NCBI GenBank assembly: GCA_903858875.1
Contig: CAIOKP010000266.1
Span: forward strand, 16,442 to 80,441
Direction of reading: 5' to 3'
Origin: an uncultured Sphingomonadales bacterium
Lineage (GTDB): Bacteria > Pseudomonadota > Alphaproteobacteria > Sphingomonadales > Sphingomonadaceae
Length of the DNA: 64,000 nucleotides
Position numbers and translations under genes: made by a program. The notes under the pieces were generated by a model. The model saw only the letters and a list, made by a program, of their open reading frames with translations, was not told the DNA's origin and made no database searches. Positions 36,572 through 46,163 of the stretch are shown one piece after another (positions within the stretch are counted from its first letter, which is position 1; every line of letters begins with the position of its first letter).

Positions 36572-39040
36572 TTATGCCGGCGGCGGTATCGCCGGGGGCG
36601 TGCGGGTGACGACCGGGCGAAAGACAAAGACCATCAACATTTTGGTATCGTCCTTCGGCTCTGGCGGCTGGACCAGGGCGAAGCCGGCGGGGTCGGTGCA
36701 ATGCCACAGGTTCGGCGCGACTTCGGTGATGCCGTCAAGGATCGCCCGCAGCCCGATCTCGCGGTCATGCGTGTCGTGCAACCCTTTGAGATATTCGCCG
36801 GCGGGCAGCACCGAGATCGAATAGACCTCGACCCATTCGAACACCGCACCAAATTGTACGGCGGCCGAAAACTTGTTGGCGCCCATCGGCACGCACAGCG
36901 CGTAATAGCCATCATGCGTCGCCTTGGCGTGAAAATTGGTCTGCACCGTTTCGCGCGCATCGGCATAGATCACCGGTACCGTGACGCCCTCATTGGCGAA
37001 ATCGGCATAGGTCAAGGGCAGCGAATACCGGTTGGCGGCGAAATGGGTCAGCCGGGTCGCCAACCCTTCCTTGGCCAGTTCGGCGGGCAGGAACATCCGG
37101 CGCGCGCCGGTTTGATAGAACATCCCCTGTTGCCGCAGCCCGCGCCGGGCAATCGCCGGGTCGAACAACGCCAGCGTCTCGTCCGTGCCGAGGTTGACGT
37201 CGTGCTCAAACGCTTCGAACACGCGCAATTCATAGTCGAGCGGCAGATACATCAGCCGCGTCAGCGTGGCGGCATTGGCGCGCCGCCACAATTCGACCTG
37301 ATCCGCCGCTTGGTCGCGCTGGGTGTTGCCGGCATGATTTTGCGCGAACAGCAAACAGCCCTGCTGCACCGCATCGCGCACTTGGCTTTGGTGTTGCTTG
37401 ATGTCGTTGGTGCGGCGGATCGGTTCGCCCGACGCGGTATAGTTGATGACAGAACCGATTGTGGTCGTGCACAATTGTTCGACCATCGCAACATTTGCGC
37501 TCATCGCGTTCAACGTCAAGATGTCGTAATGATCGAGATCGAGGTAGCCGGCCTTGTCCAAGCCGGTCACCTCGGTCGGGCGCAGGATCAGATAGCGCCC
37601 GGCGACATGAACGTTCAAGGCGTCGTGCAACAGGCGGTCGATGTTGTTCTGGACCGTGCCATTATACCCAAGGTCGATCAGCATCAGCGTATCGCCGGGC
37701 GCCGGGTTCACGGTGCGGCGGACATGTTCGACAATGCCGGTGGCCATCGCACGCGCGGCCTTGCGGACCGATTTACGCACCGGATCCTGGCGCATATGGG
37801 CCAACAGATTGAGCGTGCCTTGCAACGGCGTCTGGTTGTCGATCATCCGTGCAATGTCGGTTTCGGGGATCATCAATTGGCGGGCGATGATGTCGGGCAT
37901 CATGCCAATCGACAGCTCTAGAAAACCGCGGGTCGCGGTGTCATCGACAAAGGTTGCGGCCGTGGAGGTGTAGCGGCTGATCTCGATGGCATGGCCGGGC
38001 GACGCGGTGTTGTTCGCGTGATGCACCCGCATCGGCAAATACCCGTCGCGCATCAGGAATACCCAATGGACCGTTCCACCCTGCGTCGCCTGCAATGCTG
38101 CGGCCTCGGTCTGCAGCCAGCTTTCATAGCCGGTGAACACCGGGCCAAGCACGGCATAGCCGATGTGCTGGGCGGCATCGGTTAATTGCGGCGATTGGGT
38201 GGCGATGGCCGGCCGGTGCGGCTGGGGCGCAGCCAAGGCGCCGTTGCCCTGACTGTGGAGCATCGAACTGACCGTCGATTCCAGACGAAATTGCTGTTCG
38301 ACCTCTTCATGAAATTGTTTGAGGTGGAGTGTGGCCACGCCAAACGGCGCCACCCCGTCGACGTCGGCATGGGCATTGTCGCCGATGTGCAGGATCTCTT
38401 GCGGTTTGGCCTTCAACTTGCGCAGAACGTCCCCGTAAAGACCGGCAGATTTGGGTTTGCCAAACGTCGATGAACAAAACACGCGGTCGATCAACGCGGC
38501 CACATCCGCGCCGGCCGCACGGGCGATCAAGGTCCGCAATTGACCGGAATCGAGATAGGTGTCCGACACGATGATGATCGAAAAACCCCGCGCCTTGGCC
38601 ACCTGCATCAGCGCGATGGTCGGGGCAAAGCCATAGCAATGCCGCGCCTCTGCATCGAGTTCGGCCTGAACCGCGATACCGCGTTCCTTGGGCGTCGCAT
38701 TTGGCATCAGGTGGGCATATATCTCCGCGATCGGCACATCATGCCCACGTTTGCCAGCGATCGATGATCGGCGCGCCAATTCTTCGGCGCGGGCGCGCTG
38801 TAGCGGCGAGATGCCAGGCAAGGTCCAGAACACATCGGTTGGCGCATGGCAATCGCGCCAAAGCAGCGTATCGAAACAGTCAAGGCTGAGCACCCGCGCT
38901 TTGGGGAACCAGTCGAGCGCCAAAGGTAATTCATGGGGCAAGATGGTGGTGGGCGGTGCGCCCGTTTGCAAGTCGGCTGTCGGCAGCGGGGCGCGGGAAA
39001 AGCTTGTATGATCGATCGGCGCGGACATGATAGACTCCAT
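36572..39040 (-). CDS. HAD-phosphatase plus phosphoribosyltransferase-like protein (putative ribofuranosyltransferase)
   Basis: HAD motifs SLDCFDTLL, IVSDTY, KPK, HIGDNAHADV; then FLMRDG, ISR and LIDLGYNGTVQ. Confidence 0.7.
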   Translation of the reverse strand: MESIMSAPIDHTSFSRAPLPTADLQTGAPPTTILPHELPLALDWFPKARVLSLDCFDTLLWRDCHAPTDVFWTLPGISPLQRARAEELARRSSIAGKRGHDVPIAEIYAHLMPNATPKERGIAVQAELDAEARHCYGFAPTIALMQVAKARGFSIIIVSDTYLDSGQLRTLIARAAGADVAALIDRVFCSSTFGKPKSAGLYGDVLRKLKAKPQEILHIGDNAHADVDGVAPFGVATLHLKQFHEEVEQQFRLESTVSSMLHSQGNGALAAPQPHRPAIATQSPQLTDAAQHIGYAVLGPVFTGYESWLQTEAAALQATQGGTVHWVFLMRDGYLPMRVHHANNTASPGHAIEISRYTSTAATFVDDTATRGFLELSIGMMPDIIARQLMIPETDIARMIDNQTPLQGTLNLLAHMRQDPVRKSVRKAARAMATGIVEHVRRTVNPAPGDTLMLIDLGYNGTVQNNIDRLLHDALNVHVAGRYLILRPTEVTGLDKAGYLDLDHYDILTLNAMSANVAMVEQLCTTTIGSVINYTASGEPIRRTNDIKQHQSQVRDAVQQGCLLFAQNHAGNTQRDQAADQVELWRRANAATLTRLMYLPLDYELRVFEAFEHDVNLGTDETLALFDPAIARRGLRQQGMFYQTGARRMFLPAELAKEGLATRLTHFAANRYSLPLTYADFANEGVTVPVIYADARETVQTNFHAKATHDGYYALCVPMGANKFSAAVQFGAVFEWVEVYSISVLPAGEYLKGLHDTHDREIGLRAILDGITEVAPNLWHCTDPAGFALVQPPEPKDDTKMLMVFVFRPVVTRTPPAIPPPA

Positions 39041-39308
39041 GGCTGACGTGCAGGGGCCGACCGGCTGCCGTCAAATCGCAGCATCCCGCCCCGTTTGCGG
39101 TCCTTGGCAAGAAGTAAGCAAACAAGGTGAAGGCTTGGCTGTAATCAGACCCAGGGAATATGCGTGGCTAGGTGGGCATGCGGCGTTGGGCGAATGGGGC
39201 GGATTCGACAGGAATTACGGTATTACCCTTGTATTGCGGCGCAGCATCTGATAGCGATGGACTGAAAAATCTCAGAATTAAACTTTGATTTTATTAGGAA
39301 ATTTCTGG

Positions 39309-40892
39309 GTGCCGACAGTTCCGATCGACCGATTGCCAGCTGATCTGCCCGCGCCGGAGGTTTTAATTATTGGCGCCGGGGCGGTGGGCATCGCGATGGC
39401 GGTCGATCTGGCGCGGCGCGGTGTGCCCGTGCTGGTGCTCGAAGGTGGCCCGGCCGATCCCCCGATGGATTGGGAACGTCGCAACGAAGGGCGCAGCCTT
39501 GGCCGCCCGTTCGATGGTCTCAAAACCGGGCGGATGCAGGCACTGGGCGGTACGACCCGGTTGTGGGGTGGGCAATTGGTGCCATTTGGCCCGCGCGATT
39601 TTGTGGGCGAACCGGCGCTGGGCAAACCGGCCTGGCCCATTGCCTACGCCGATTTCGTGCCTTGGGTCGACGCGGCGTATGACCTACTGGGTGTGCCGGC
39701 GGGGGGGCGCGATACGGTGGCGCTGTGGTCAAAGGCGACCGGGCGGGCCGATGCACTGGGCGGCGATTTGCACATCGGGATGAATATCTGGTTGAACCAG
39801 CCCGATTTCGCGCAAGGGTTCGCCCGCGATCTGGCCGACCTGCCCCATCTGACCGTCGTGACAGGCGCGCGGGTGAGGGGGCTGCATTTTGGGGCACAGG
39901 GCGAGGTCAGCGCGGTCGAGGTGCAGTCCGCCAACGCCCCGCCACGTCGATTTTCCGCGCCACACGTGGTGCTGGCCAATGGCACGTTCGAGATTGTGCG
40001 CCTGTTGCTGTCCACGGCGGCGACGCGGCCTGACTGTGGCTTTGCGGATAACCGCCATATTGGACGCTGGTTCGTCGACCATCTGCATGGGCTGTGCGGG
40101 CGGTTTTCCGGCGAGAACCGGGCGTTGCTGTCGCAGATTTTCGACAACATCTATGTCGACGGCACGAAGTATAATGTGAAAATCCGTGCGGGCGACGCTT
40201 TGCGGGCGCGGGCGGGTATCGGCAATGTCGCCGCCACGCTGAACGCGCCGCTGGGCCTGCGCGCGACGTTGCGGGATTTGAAGGGGTTGGCGGGGCGCAT
40301 TCTGGCCGGTGACGGGCGGGGCGCGCTGGCGACCATCCGGCAATCGTTGCGGCTGGCGGCTGTGCTGGTGCCGGTGGTGTGGCGCTATGTGGTTGATCGG
40401 CGGTCGTCGACCATCCTTGGCCGCGAAGTGTGGCTTGGGCTGGAGCTTGAACAGGTGCCGACCGACAAGAGTTACATCACGCTCGACCCCGATTACCCGC
40501 CGGAAACCGCACCAGTGCTGCTGCATTGGGATCTGGATGGCGTCGAATTGCGGACCGCCCGCGTGATGGCCGAAGAAGTCGCGGCGCGCTTTGCCGAGGG
40601 CGGTTTTGGCCATGTCGAGATTGACCCGCGCCTGCTGGCCGAGGATCCCGCCTGGCTCGACCAATGCCATGATGCCAAGCACCAGATCGGCGGCGCGCGC
40701 ATGGCGGCCAGCGCGGCAGAGGGTGTTGTCGATGCCGATTGCCGGGTGTTTGGCACGCAAAATCTGTTCATTGCCGGGGCGGCGGTGTTCCCTTCGGGCA
40801 GCTTTGCCAATCCGACGCTCAGCGCGATCGCCCTGTCGCTGCGGCTTTCGGCGCATCTGTTTGGGCGTGTTCAGGATGGGGATGCGGGCTGA
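39309..40892 (+). CDS. GMC-family FAD oxidoreductase
   Basis: LIIGAGAVG, VLEGG, LGGTTRLWGG, HQIGGARM, GVVD, NPTL; AGGAA SD before GTG 39309. Confidence 0.9.
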   Translation: MPTVPIDRLPADLPAPEVLIIGAGAVGIAMAVDLARRGVPVLVLEGGPADPPMDWERRNEGRSLGRPFDGLKTGRMQALGGTTRLWGGQLVPFGPRDFVGEPALGKPAWPIAYADFVPWVDAAYDLLGVPAGGRDTVALWSKATGRADALGGDLHIGMNIWLNQPDFAQGFARDLADLPHLTVVTGARVRGLHFGAQGEVSAVEVQSANAPPRRFSAPHVVLANGTFEIVRLLLSTAATRPDCGFADNRHIGRWFVDHLHGLCGRFSGENRALLSQIFDNIYVDGTKYNVKIRAGDALRARAGIGNVAATLNAPLGLRATLRDLKGLAGRILAGDGRGALATIRQSLRLAAVLVPVVWRYVVDRRSSTILGREVWLGLELEQVPTDKSYITLDPDYPPETAPVLLHWDLDGVELRTARVMAEEVAARFAEGGFGHVEIDPRLLAEDPAWLDQCHDAKHQIGGARMAASAAEGVVDADCRVFGTQNLFIAGAAVFPSGSFANPTLSAIALSLRLSAHLFGRVQDGDAG

Positions 40893-41764
40893 TGCTGATC
40901 GAGCGGATGGTGTTCGGCTGTGGCCGGTTGACCGGCGGCGCGAGCGAGCGCGAGGCGCTGGCCCTGGTCGGTGCATGCCTTGATGCGGGGGTGCGGGGGT
41001 TCGATGTCGCGCCGTCCTATGGCATCGGCACGGCCGAAGCGGTGATCGGCAAGGCGTTGAAGCATCGCCGTGATTGCGTGATCGTGACCAAGCTCGGGTC
41101 GACGCCCGATCCGCGCGGGCGAGCAAAAACCTGGGCCCGGGCGATCAAGCGTCTGGTACGCCCCGCGCCACCGCGTCGCGGGGCGGCATTCACGCCGGTG
41201 CGGCAAGTGAGCGAAAATTCCGGCTGTCATTGGGACGAGGCGCATCTCAGGGAAAAGCTGGATCGTTCGCTTGGGCTGCTCGGGCGGATTGACCGGTTGT
41301 ATTTGCATGATCCGATCCCGGCCCAGGTCGACACGGCGCTGATCGCGCTGGTTGACGAATTGGCCGCCAATGTGGGCGCAGCGCCCGGTTATGCCACGGC
41401 GGCGGTGTGGTCGGCGGCAGAGGATGCGATCTATCCCGCCGGCTGGCTGGCACAGGCGGCGGTTGAGCCGGACTGGCTGACCGGGGCCGTTGTGGCCCCG
41501 GCGAGTGGGACATTGACGGTGCATAGCATGGTGATGACCGCCGATTGGCTGGCGGTGCATGATGCCGGTTTTGCCGCGGGGCTGGACCGGGCCAGCGCGG
41601 TGGCGGGCAATCGCGTCGCGGCGTTGTTGGCCGTGGCGGCGGCGCGGGTACCGGCGGCAGGATTGGTATTTGCGTCGGCGGACCGGGCGCGGCTGGGGGC
41701 TTTGCTCTCGGCGTGCCGCCAGATCGATGCGGGCAAACAGGCCGAGATCGTCGCCTGTTTCTAG
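40892..41764 (+). CDS. Aldo/keto reductase family protein
   Basis: FGCG, FDVAPSYG (Asp, Tyr), IVTK (Lys), LYLH (His); TGATG coupling to the GMC gene. Confidence 0.82.
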   Translation: MLIERMVFGCGRLTGGASEREALALVGACLDAGVRGFDVAPSYGIGTAEAVIGKALKHRRDCVIVTKLGSTPDPRGRAKTWARAIKRLVRPAPPRRGAAFTPVRQVSENSGCHWDEAHLREKLDRSLGLLGRIDRLYLHDPIPAQVDTALIALVDELAANVGAAPGYATAAVWSAAEDAIYPAGWLAQAAVEPDWLTGAVVAPASGTLTVHSMVMTADWLAVHDAGFAAGLDRASAVAGNRVAALLAVAAARVPAAGLVFASADRARLGALLSACRQIDAGKQAEIVACF

Positions 41765-42603
41765 TTGGCAAGCAGGATCGACATCCGGCGGTTGCGCGGG
41801 TCGGTCGGATTATCCTGGATCAGTGGTTCGCGGTCGGCGACACCCTCAATTCGGCGATAGCGCGGTTCCGTGACGCCGCTGCGCATCAGCGCCTGACGCG
41901 TTGCTTCGGCACGGCCGGCCGATAGGGACCAGTTGTTGGTCCGGTCGCCGGGGCGCCATTGCAGCGAATCGGTATGGCCGCGAATGGTCAGATCGCCCGT
42001 TTCATCACGCAACACGGTGCCGATTGTGCGCAGCAAATCCGCCGCGTCGGGCGTCAATACGGTCGTGCCCAGTTGAAACATCGAGAAATCGGCGTCATCG
42101 ACCATGTCGATCCGGATGCCGTCGGGGGTCGCAGTGACTTTCAAAATGCGCGCCAATCGCTTCAGCCGCTCGGTAGCCGACAGGCGGGCCTGAAGCTTGG
42201 CCGCGACACTGGAGACCTTCTTGGCAGACGTCGCGCCTTCCTTTGGCCCGCCGGTGGCGTCGCGCGGGACAGTCATTGACCGTGTGCCGGTCTGGCCTTT
42301 GCGGTTGGGATAATCATCGACATCGGTCAATGATGACCCCTTCAACAACCCGTTGCCGCCTGCGCTGCCGGCACGCGTTTTCATCAGCGTGGGGGCAAAG
42401 TAATCGGCGATGCCCTTGCGCTGTTTTTCGGTTGTCGCGCCGAGCAGCCACATGAGCAGAAAGAACGCCATCATCGCGGTCACAAAGTCGGCATAGGCCA
42501 CTTTCCACGCGCCGCCATGGTGCCCAGCGGCGACGATGGTGATCTTCTTGACGATGATCGGGGCCGGGATGTCGTTCTTGCCCGGCTTTTTGGGAGGAGC
42601 CAT
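41761..42603 (-). CDS. motB: Flagellar stator MotB
   Basis: WKVAYADFVTAMMAFF; OmpA-like GHTD..NWSLSAGRA..NRR. Confidence 0.96.
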   Translation of the reverse strand: MAPPKKPGKNDIPAPIIVKKITIVAAGHHGGAWKVAYADFVTAMMAFFLLMWLLGATTEKQRKGIADYFAPTLMKTRAGSAGGNGLLKGSSLTDVDDYPNRKGQTGTRSMTVPRDATGGPKEGATSAKKVSSVAAKLQARLSATERLKRLARILKVTATPDGIRIDMVDDADFSMFQLGTTVLTPDAADLLRTIGTVLRDETGDLTIRGHTDSLQWRPGDRTNNWSLSAGRAEATRQALMRSGVTEPRYRRIEGVADREPLIQDNPTDPRNRRMSILLAN

Positions 42604-42618
42604 AGAATTGGGTGCCCC

Positions 42619-43482
42619 TTACCGACCGCGCAGCGCGTCGAGCAATTCCGACAGGCCCGGGCGGAAATCATGGCCAAGGCCCGAACGGGCGCTTTCGACC
42701 ACCAGCGGTTGCGGCCAGCCGTGCAGCGATGCGATGATCACCTGCTTGACCGCTTGAAAGATCTGTTCGTCGGCGTCGTTGACCTGTTGCAGGCGGCCAG
42801 CCATCGGCGCCACCATGCCATAGGCCAGCAACACGCCCATGAACGTACCGACCAGCGCGGACCCGATCATCGCGCCCAGAATGCTCGGTGGCTTGTCGAT
42901 CGAACCCATGGTTTTCACCACGCCCAGCACAGCGGCCACAATACCCAGCGCAGGCAGCGCATCGGCCAGGTTCTGAATGGCATGTTGCGGCGCGTGCAGG
43001 CTGTGGAAATGCGTTTTCATTGCATTGTCCATCACATCCTCGACCGCGTGTACCTCCAGCGTGCCCGATGACACCACGATCAACGTCAGCGTGTCGCAGA
43101 TCAGCGCGATCAGTTCGTGATTGGTCAACAGGCGGGGATATTCGGCAAAGATCGGCGAATTGTTCGGGTCCTGCACGTGGCTTTCCATCGCCACGGGGCC
43201 TTCGGTACGCAACAGTTTCATCAGCTTGGTGGTCAGCGCGATGACGTCGATGTGGTCCTGCTTGTTATGCTTTGGCCCCTTGAACACGCGGGCGAATCCG
43301 CTGCCCAGCGATTTTAAGCCATGCATGTCATTACCGGTGATGATCGCGCCCACCGCCGCGCCGCAGATGATCAGCAATTCGTGCGGGATGGCCTCGAAAA
43401 CCGGGCCGAGCGCGCCACCGGTGATGGCAAAGCCGCCAAACACCATGGCAAACAGAATGACGATACCGATACCCGCAAACAT
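42619..43482 (-). CDS. motA: Flagellar stator MotA
   Basis: LPALGIVAAVLGV, ALVGTFMGVLLAYG; upstream of motB. Confidence 0.96.
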   Translation of the reverse strand: MFAGIGIVILFAMVFGGFAITGGALGPVFEAIPHELLIICGAAVGAIITGNDMHGLKSLGSGFARVFKGPKHNKQDHIDVIALTTKLMKLLRTEGPVAMESHVQDPNNSPIFAEYPRLLTNHELIALICDTLTLIVVSSGTLEVHAVEDVMDNAMKTHFHSLHAPQHAIQNLADALPALGIVAAVLGVVKTMGSIDKPPSILGAMIGSALVGTFMGVLLAYGMVAPMAGRLQQVNDADEQIFQAVKQVIIASLHGWPQPLVVESARSGLGHDFRPGLSELLDALRGR

Positions 43483-43528
43483 GTCATTTTTTCCCGATTA
43501 CGCCTGATGATCCCGTCGCCTGCGATGC

Positions 43529-44455
43529 TTAGGTCAGCATCGAGAACAGCGAGAGGCTGGCCAGTTTGGTGAAACTGGCTTGGCTGGCCTGCAAAACGGT
43601 CATTTGCTGGCTCAGCATGGCGGCTGCTGTGGTGATATCGGTACCGCCGACATTGGCTTCCTGCGTCGCACGCTGGGCGCTGATCTGCGTTTGCATGTCC
43701 GTCGTGGTGGTGACCCAGTTGAGGCGCGCGCCGACCACGGTCTGGCTGGTGGTGATCGCATCCAGTCCGGCGGTGAGATCGCCCAGCGCACTATTGGCCG
43801 CGCTGACAGCCGCAGTGCTTGTGCTTGACGAGGACGCCTGCAACGTGGCGGCAAGGCTTTTGACCGTCGAGAGCAGGTCTTTTGACGTCCCGTTCGACGT
43901 AAAGGTCAGAAAATCTGGCCCGGTCACGCCGGTGGTGACCGACAGGCCGGGGCCTAATGACAGCGTGCTGGCGCTTGTGGTGCCGGTATAGCTGGTGTTG
44001 CCCGACGCGTCGGTCGTATAGGCAAGGCCGGTGCCCTGACCGCCGAACAGCGGGTTGCCGGTGGCATCCTTGGTGTTCGCCAGGCTGATCAGGTTTTGGT
44101 AATAGGCGCCGATCTGGGTGCCGATCGCCTGCCTCTGACTGTCGTTCAGCGTCGAGGAAGCCGCCTGCGCGGCGAGCGTTTGAATGCTGTCGACGATGTT
44201 GCTGAACTGGGTCAGCGTGTTGTCGGTCAGCGTCAGCTTTGTTTTGGCCGCGTTGGTATTGGCAGTGTCCGCCGTCGACAACGTGTCCGCCGCCTGAAAT
44301 TGGCGCATCTGTGCCGCCGCCAGCGGGTCGTCGGACGCATTGGTCAGCTTGTCGCCGGTGCTGATCTGCTCCTGCAACGCATTCGTCGACTGCCGCAATC
44401 GGCTCATGTTGAAAATCGCGCTGTCGTAAAAAGCGCTGGTGCTTACGGTGCTCAT
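43529..44455 (-). CDS. flgL: Hook-associated protein FlgL
   Basis: QISTG..ASDDP, LFGG, C-terminal LQASQASFTKLASLSLF. Confidence 0.93.
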   Translation of the reverse strand: MSTVSTSAFYDSAIFNMSRLRQSTNALQEQISTGDKLTNASDDPLAAAQMRQFQAADTLSTADTANTNAAKTKLTLTDNTLTQFSNIVDSIQTLAAQAASSTLNDSQRQAIGTQIGAYYQNLISLANTKDATGNPLFGGQGTGLAYTTDASGNTSYTGTTSASTLSLGPGLSVTTGVTGPDFLTFTSNGTSKDLLSTVKSLAATLQASSSSTSTAAVSAANSALGDLTAGLDAITTSQTVVGARLNWVTTTTDMQTQISAQRATQEANVGGTDITTAAAMLSQQMTVLQASQASFTKLASLSLFSMLT

Positions 44456-44473
44456 CGCTCTATCGCCTCTTCA

Positions 44474-45808
44474 TCACAGTTGCAGCAGTTGGTTGAACAA
44501 GGTCTCTGCTGTCTGAAGAACCTTTCCGGATGCTTGAAACGCCTGTTGGTATTGTAGCAGGTTGGCCGCTTCGGTATCCAGATTGACCCCGGATTGGCTC
44601 GCCAACGACGTCTTGGCGCTGGAGGCGATGGCGTCCAGCGCGGTCTGGGTGGTGGTGGCGCCTGCTACCGCGCTCGATGTGCTGAACAACAGATCGTTCA
44701 TTTGTCCGGCGACATTGGCGGTCGAAAGACCACTTTGCAGCGTGGTCAGGTTTGAACTGTCCAGACTGTTTGCTGCCGCGCCTGCAGGGGCGGTCGCGAT
44801 CTTGCTGGCGTTGGTAATCGCCACGGTCATGCCGCCGGCGCCAGTGCCCGAAAACATCGCGGTGCCCGTCGCGCCGGTCAGGTCAACGCCGCTGGTCTGG
44901 GCTGTGTTGACCGTCGTCATCATGGCCGTGGCGATCGTATCGAGCGTGGTTTTCGCGGTTGCCGCACTGACCAGCGTTTGCTGTTGCCCCGCCAGCGAGC
45001 CGCCGCTCAACGTCAGCGCCGATCCGCCCAGCGTTAGCGACATCGTGCCATCGGCGGCGGTGGTCGATGCCAGCGTCGATGCGGTCCCGCCACTGACCAG
45101 CGACGGGCCGCTGGCGCCGCCCATTTGCACTTGCACGGTATTGTCGGCGCCAATGGTCGTGGTGATGTCGCCGTATTGGCTGAGCTGACGCAAGATCGTA
45201 TCGCGCTGGTCGAGCAGCGTCGCGCCGTTGTTGTTGGGGTCGTTGTCGCTGACGATATTCTTGTTAATCTGCGCCAGATTTTGCGCCAGCTGGTTGACCT
45301 GGGTCACGCCATCGGTTGCCGATTGCTGCAGCCCGCTGACGGCCGAGGCCAGCGAATTATGCGCGACGTTGAAACTTTGCGCCATGGTCGTCGCGCTGGC
45401 CAGAAAATTGGCGCGCAGCGAGGAATCGGTCGGGTTCGCCGTCAATTGCGATAGCGCCGTCTGGAAACTGGTGATCGACGTATAAACGCCCGAGCTTTCG
45501 AGCGAATTGTCGACGTTGGTCAGGCCCGAGACCAGCGTGTCGGACCGCATGGCATCCGAATTGGTCCGGCGCGCTTCGCTTTGTAGAAAGGAATCCACGT
45601 TGCGGGTGATGCCGGTCACTTGCACGCCCAATTGCGAGATTTCGCCAGAGGACGAAAAAGAATTGGTCGAGGACAGCGACGTCAGATTGATTCCGCGCCG
45701 GACATAGCCGTCGGTTGAGGCGTTCGCGATATTTTGCGCGGTGATGGCCAGCGCGGCGCTGGCGGCGGCCGCGCCGCTGGAGGCGATGCTGATTAGGCTG
45801 GATGTCAT
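44474..45808 (-). CDS. flgK: Hook-associated protein FlgK
   Basis: QNIANASTDGYVR, LLDQRD, SGVNLDTEAANLLQYQQAF. Confidence 0.95.
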   Translation of the reverse strand: MTSSLISIASSGAAAASAALAITAQNIANASTDGYVRRGINLTSLSSTNSFSSSGEISQLGVQVTGITRNVDSFLQSEARRTNSDAMRSDTLVSGLTNVDNSLESSGVYTSITSFQTALSQLTANPTDSSLRANFLASATTMAQSFNVAHNSLASAVSGLQQSATDGVTQVNQLAQNLAQINKNIVSDNDPNNNGATLLDQRDTILRQLSQYGDITTTIGADNTVQVQMGGASGPSLVSGGTASTLASTTAADGTMSLTLGGSALTLSGGSLAGQQQTLVSAATAKTTLDTIATAMMTTVNTAQTSGVDLTGATGTAMFSGTGAGGMTVAITNASKIATAPAGAAANSLDSSNLTTLQSGLSTANVAGQMNDLLFSTSSAVAGATTTQTALDAIASSAKTSLASQSGVNLDTEAANLLQYQQAFQASGKVLQTAETLFNQLLQL

Positions 45809-45809
45809 G

Positions 45810-46163
45810 TCATCTTCCCTTGCCGGTGGCGCTAGCGGCGCTGGCGGTAGATTGCGTGGTGCCGGTGTGACTTTGCCGGCTGAGCTGGGCCTCGATCATT
45901 TTGGCAAAGCCCAGCGAGCCGGTCTTTGCAGCGGCGTCGGCAAAGCGCGAATCCTGCATTTCCCGGAACGTTTGGGTGCCCTCGTTCGACATCAACTTGT
46001 CGCCGAAATCGGTTTTACGGGCTTCGGCCAACATCTGGCGGACCATCATCGCCTCGAATTTCTGCGCGGCGGCGTGCAGCGTGGCCTTGTTGCCGGCGGT
46101 ATTACCGGCATTACCGGCAACGATGGGCGAGGGCGGCAGCGGGGATGGCGCGGCGGTACTCAT
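45810..46163 (-). CDS. flgJ: FlgJ, rod-binding domain only
   Basis: AAQKFEAMMVRQML...LGFAKMIEAQL; 117 aa, no muramidase domain. Confidence 0.88.
   Translation of the reverse strand: MSTAAPSPLPPSPIVAGNAGNTAGNKATLHAAAQKFEAMMVRQMLAEARKTDFGDKLMSNEGTQTFREMQDSRFADAAAKTGSLGFAKMIEAQLSRQSHTGTTQSTASAASATGKGR

Noticed and set aside
39105-39120. sigma54-like TGGCAAGAAGTAAGCA before the GMC gene
   Set aside because: GG-N10-GC spacing fits, but the -12 element is AAGC, much weaker than the four accepted sites
36572-41764. Insert between fliC and motB as a mobile element
   Set aside because: No transposase, integrase, terminal repeats or obvious compositional shift
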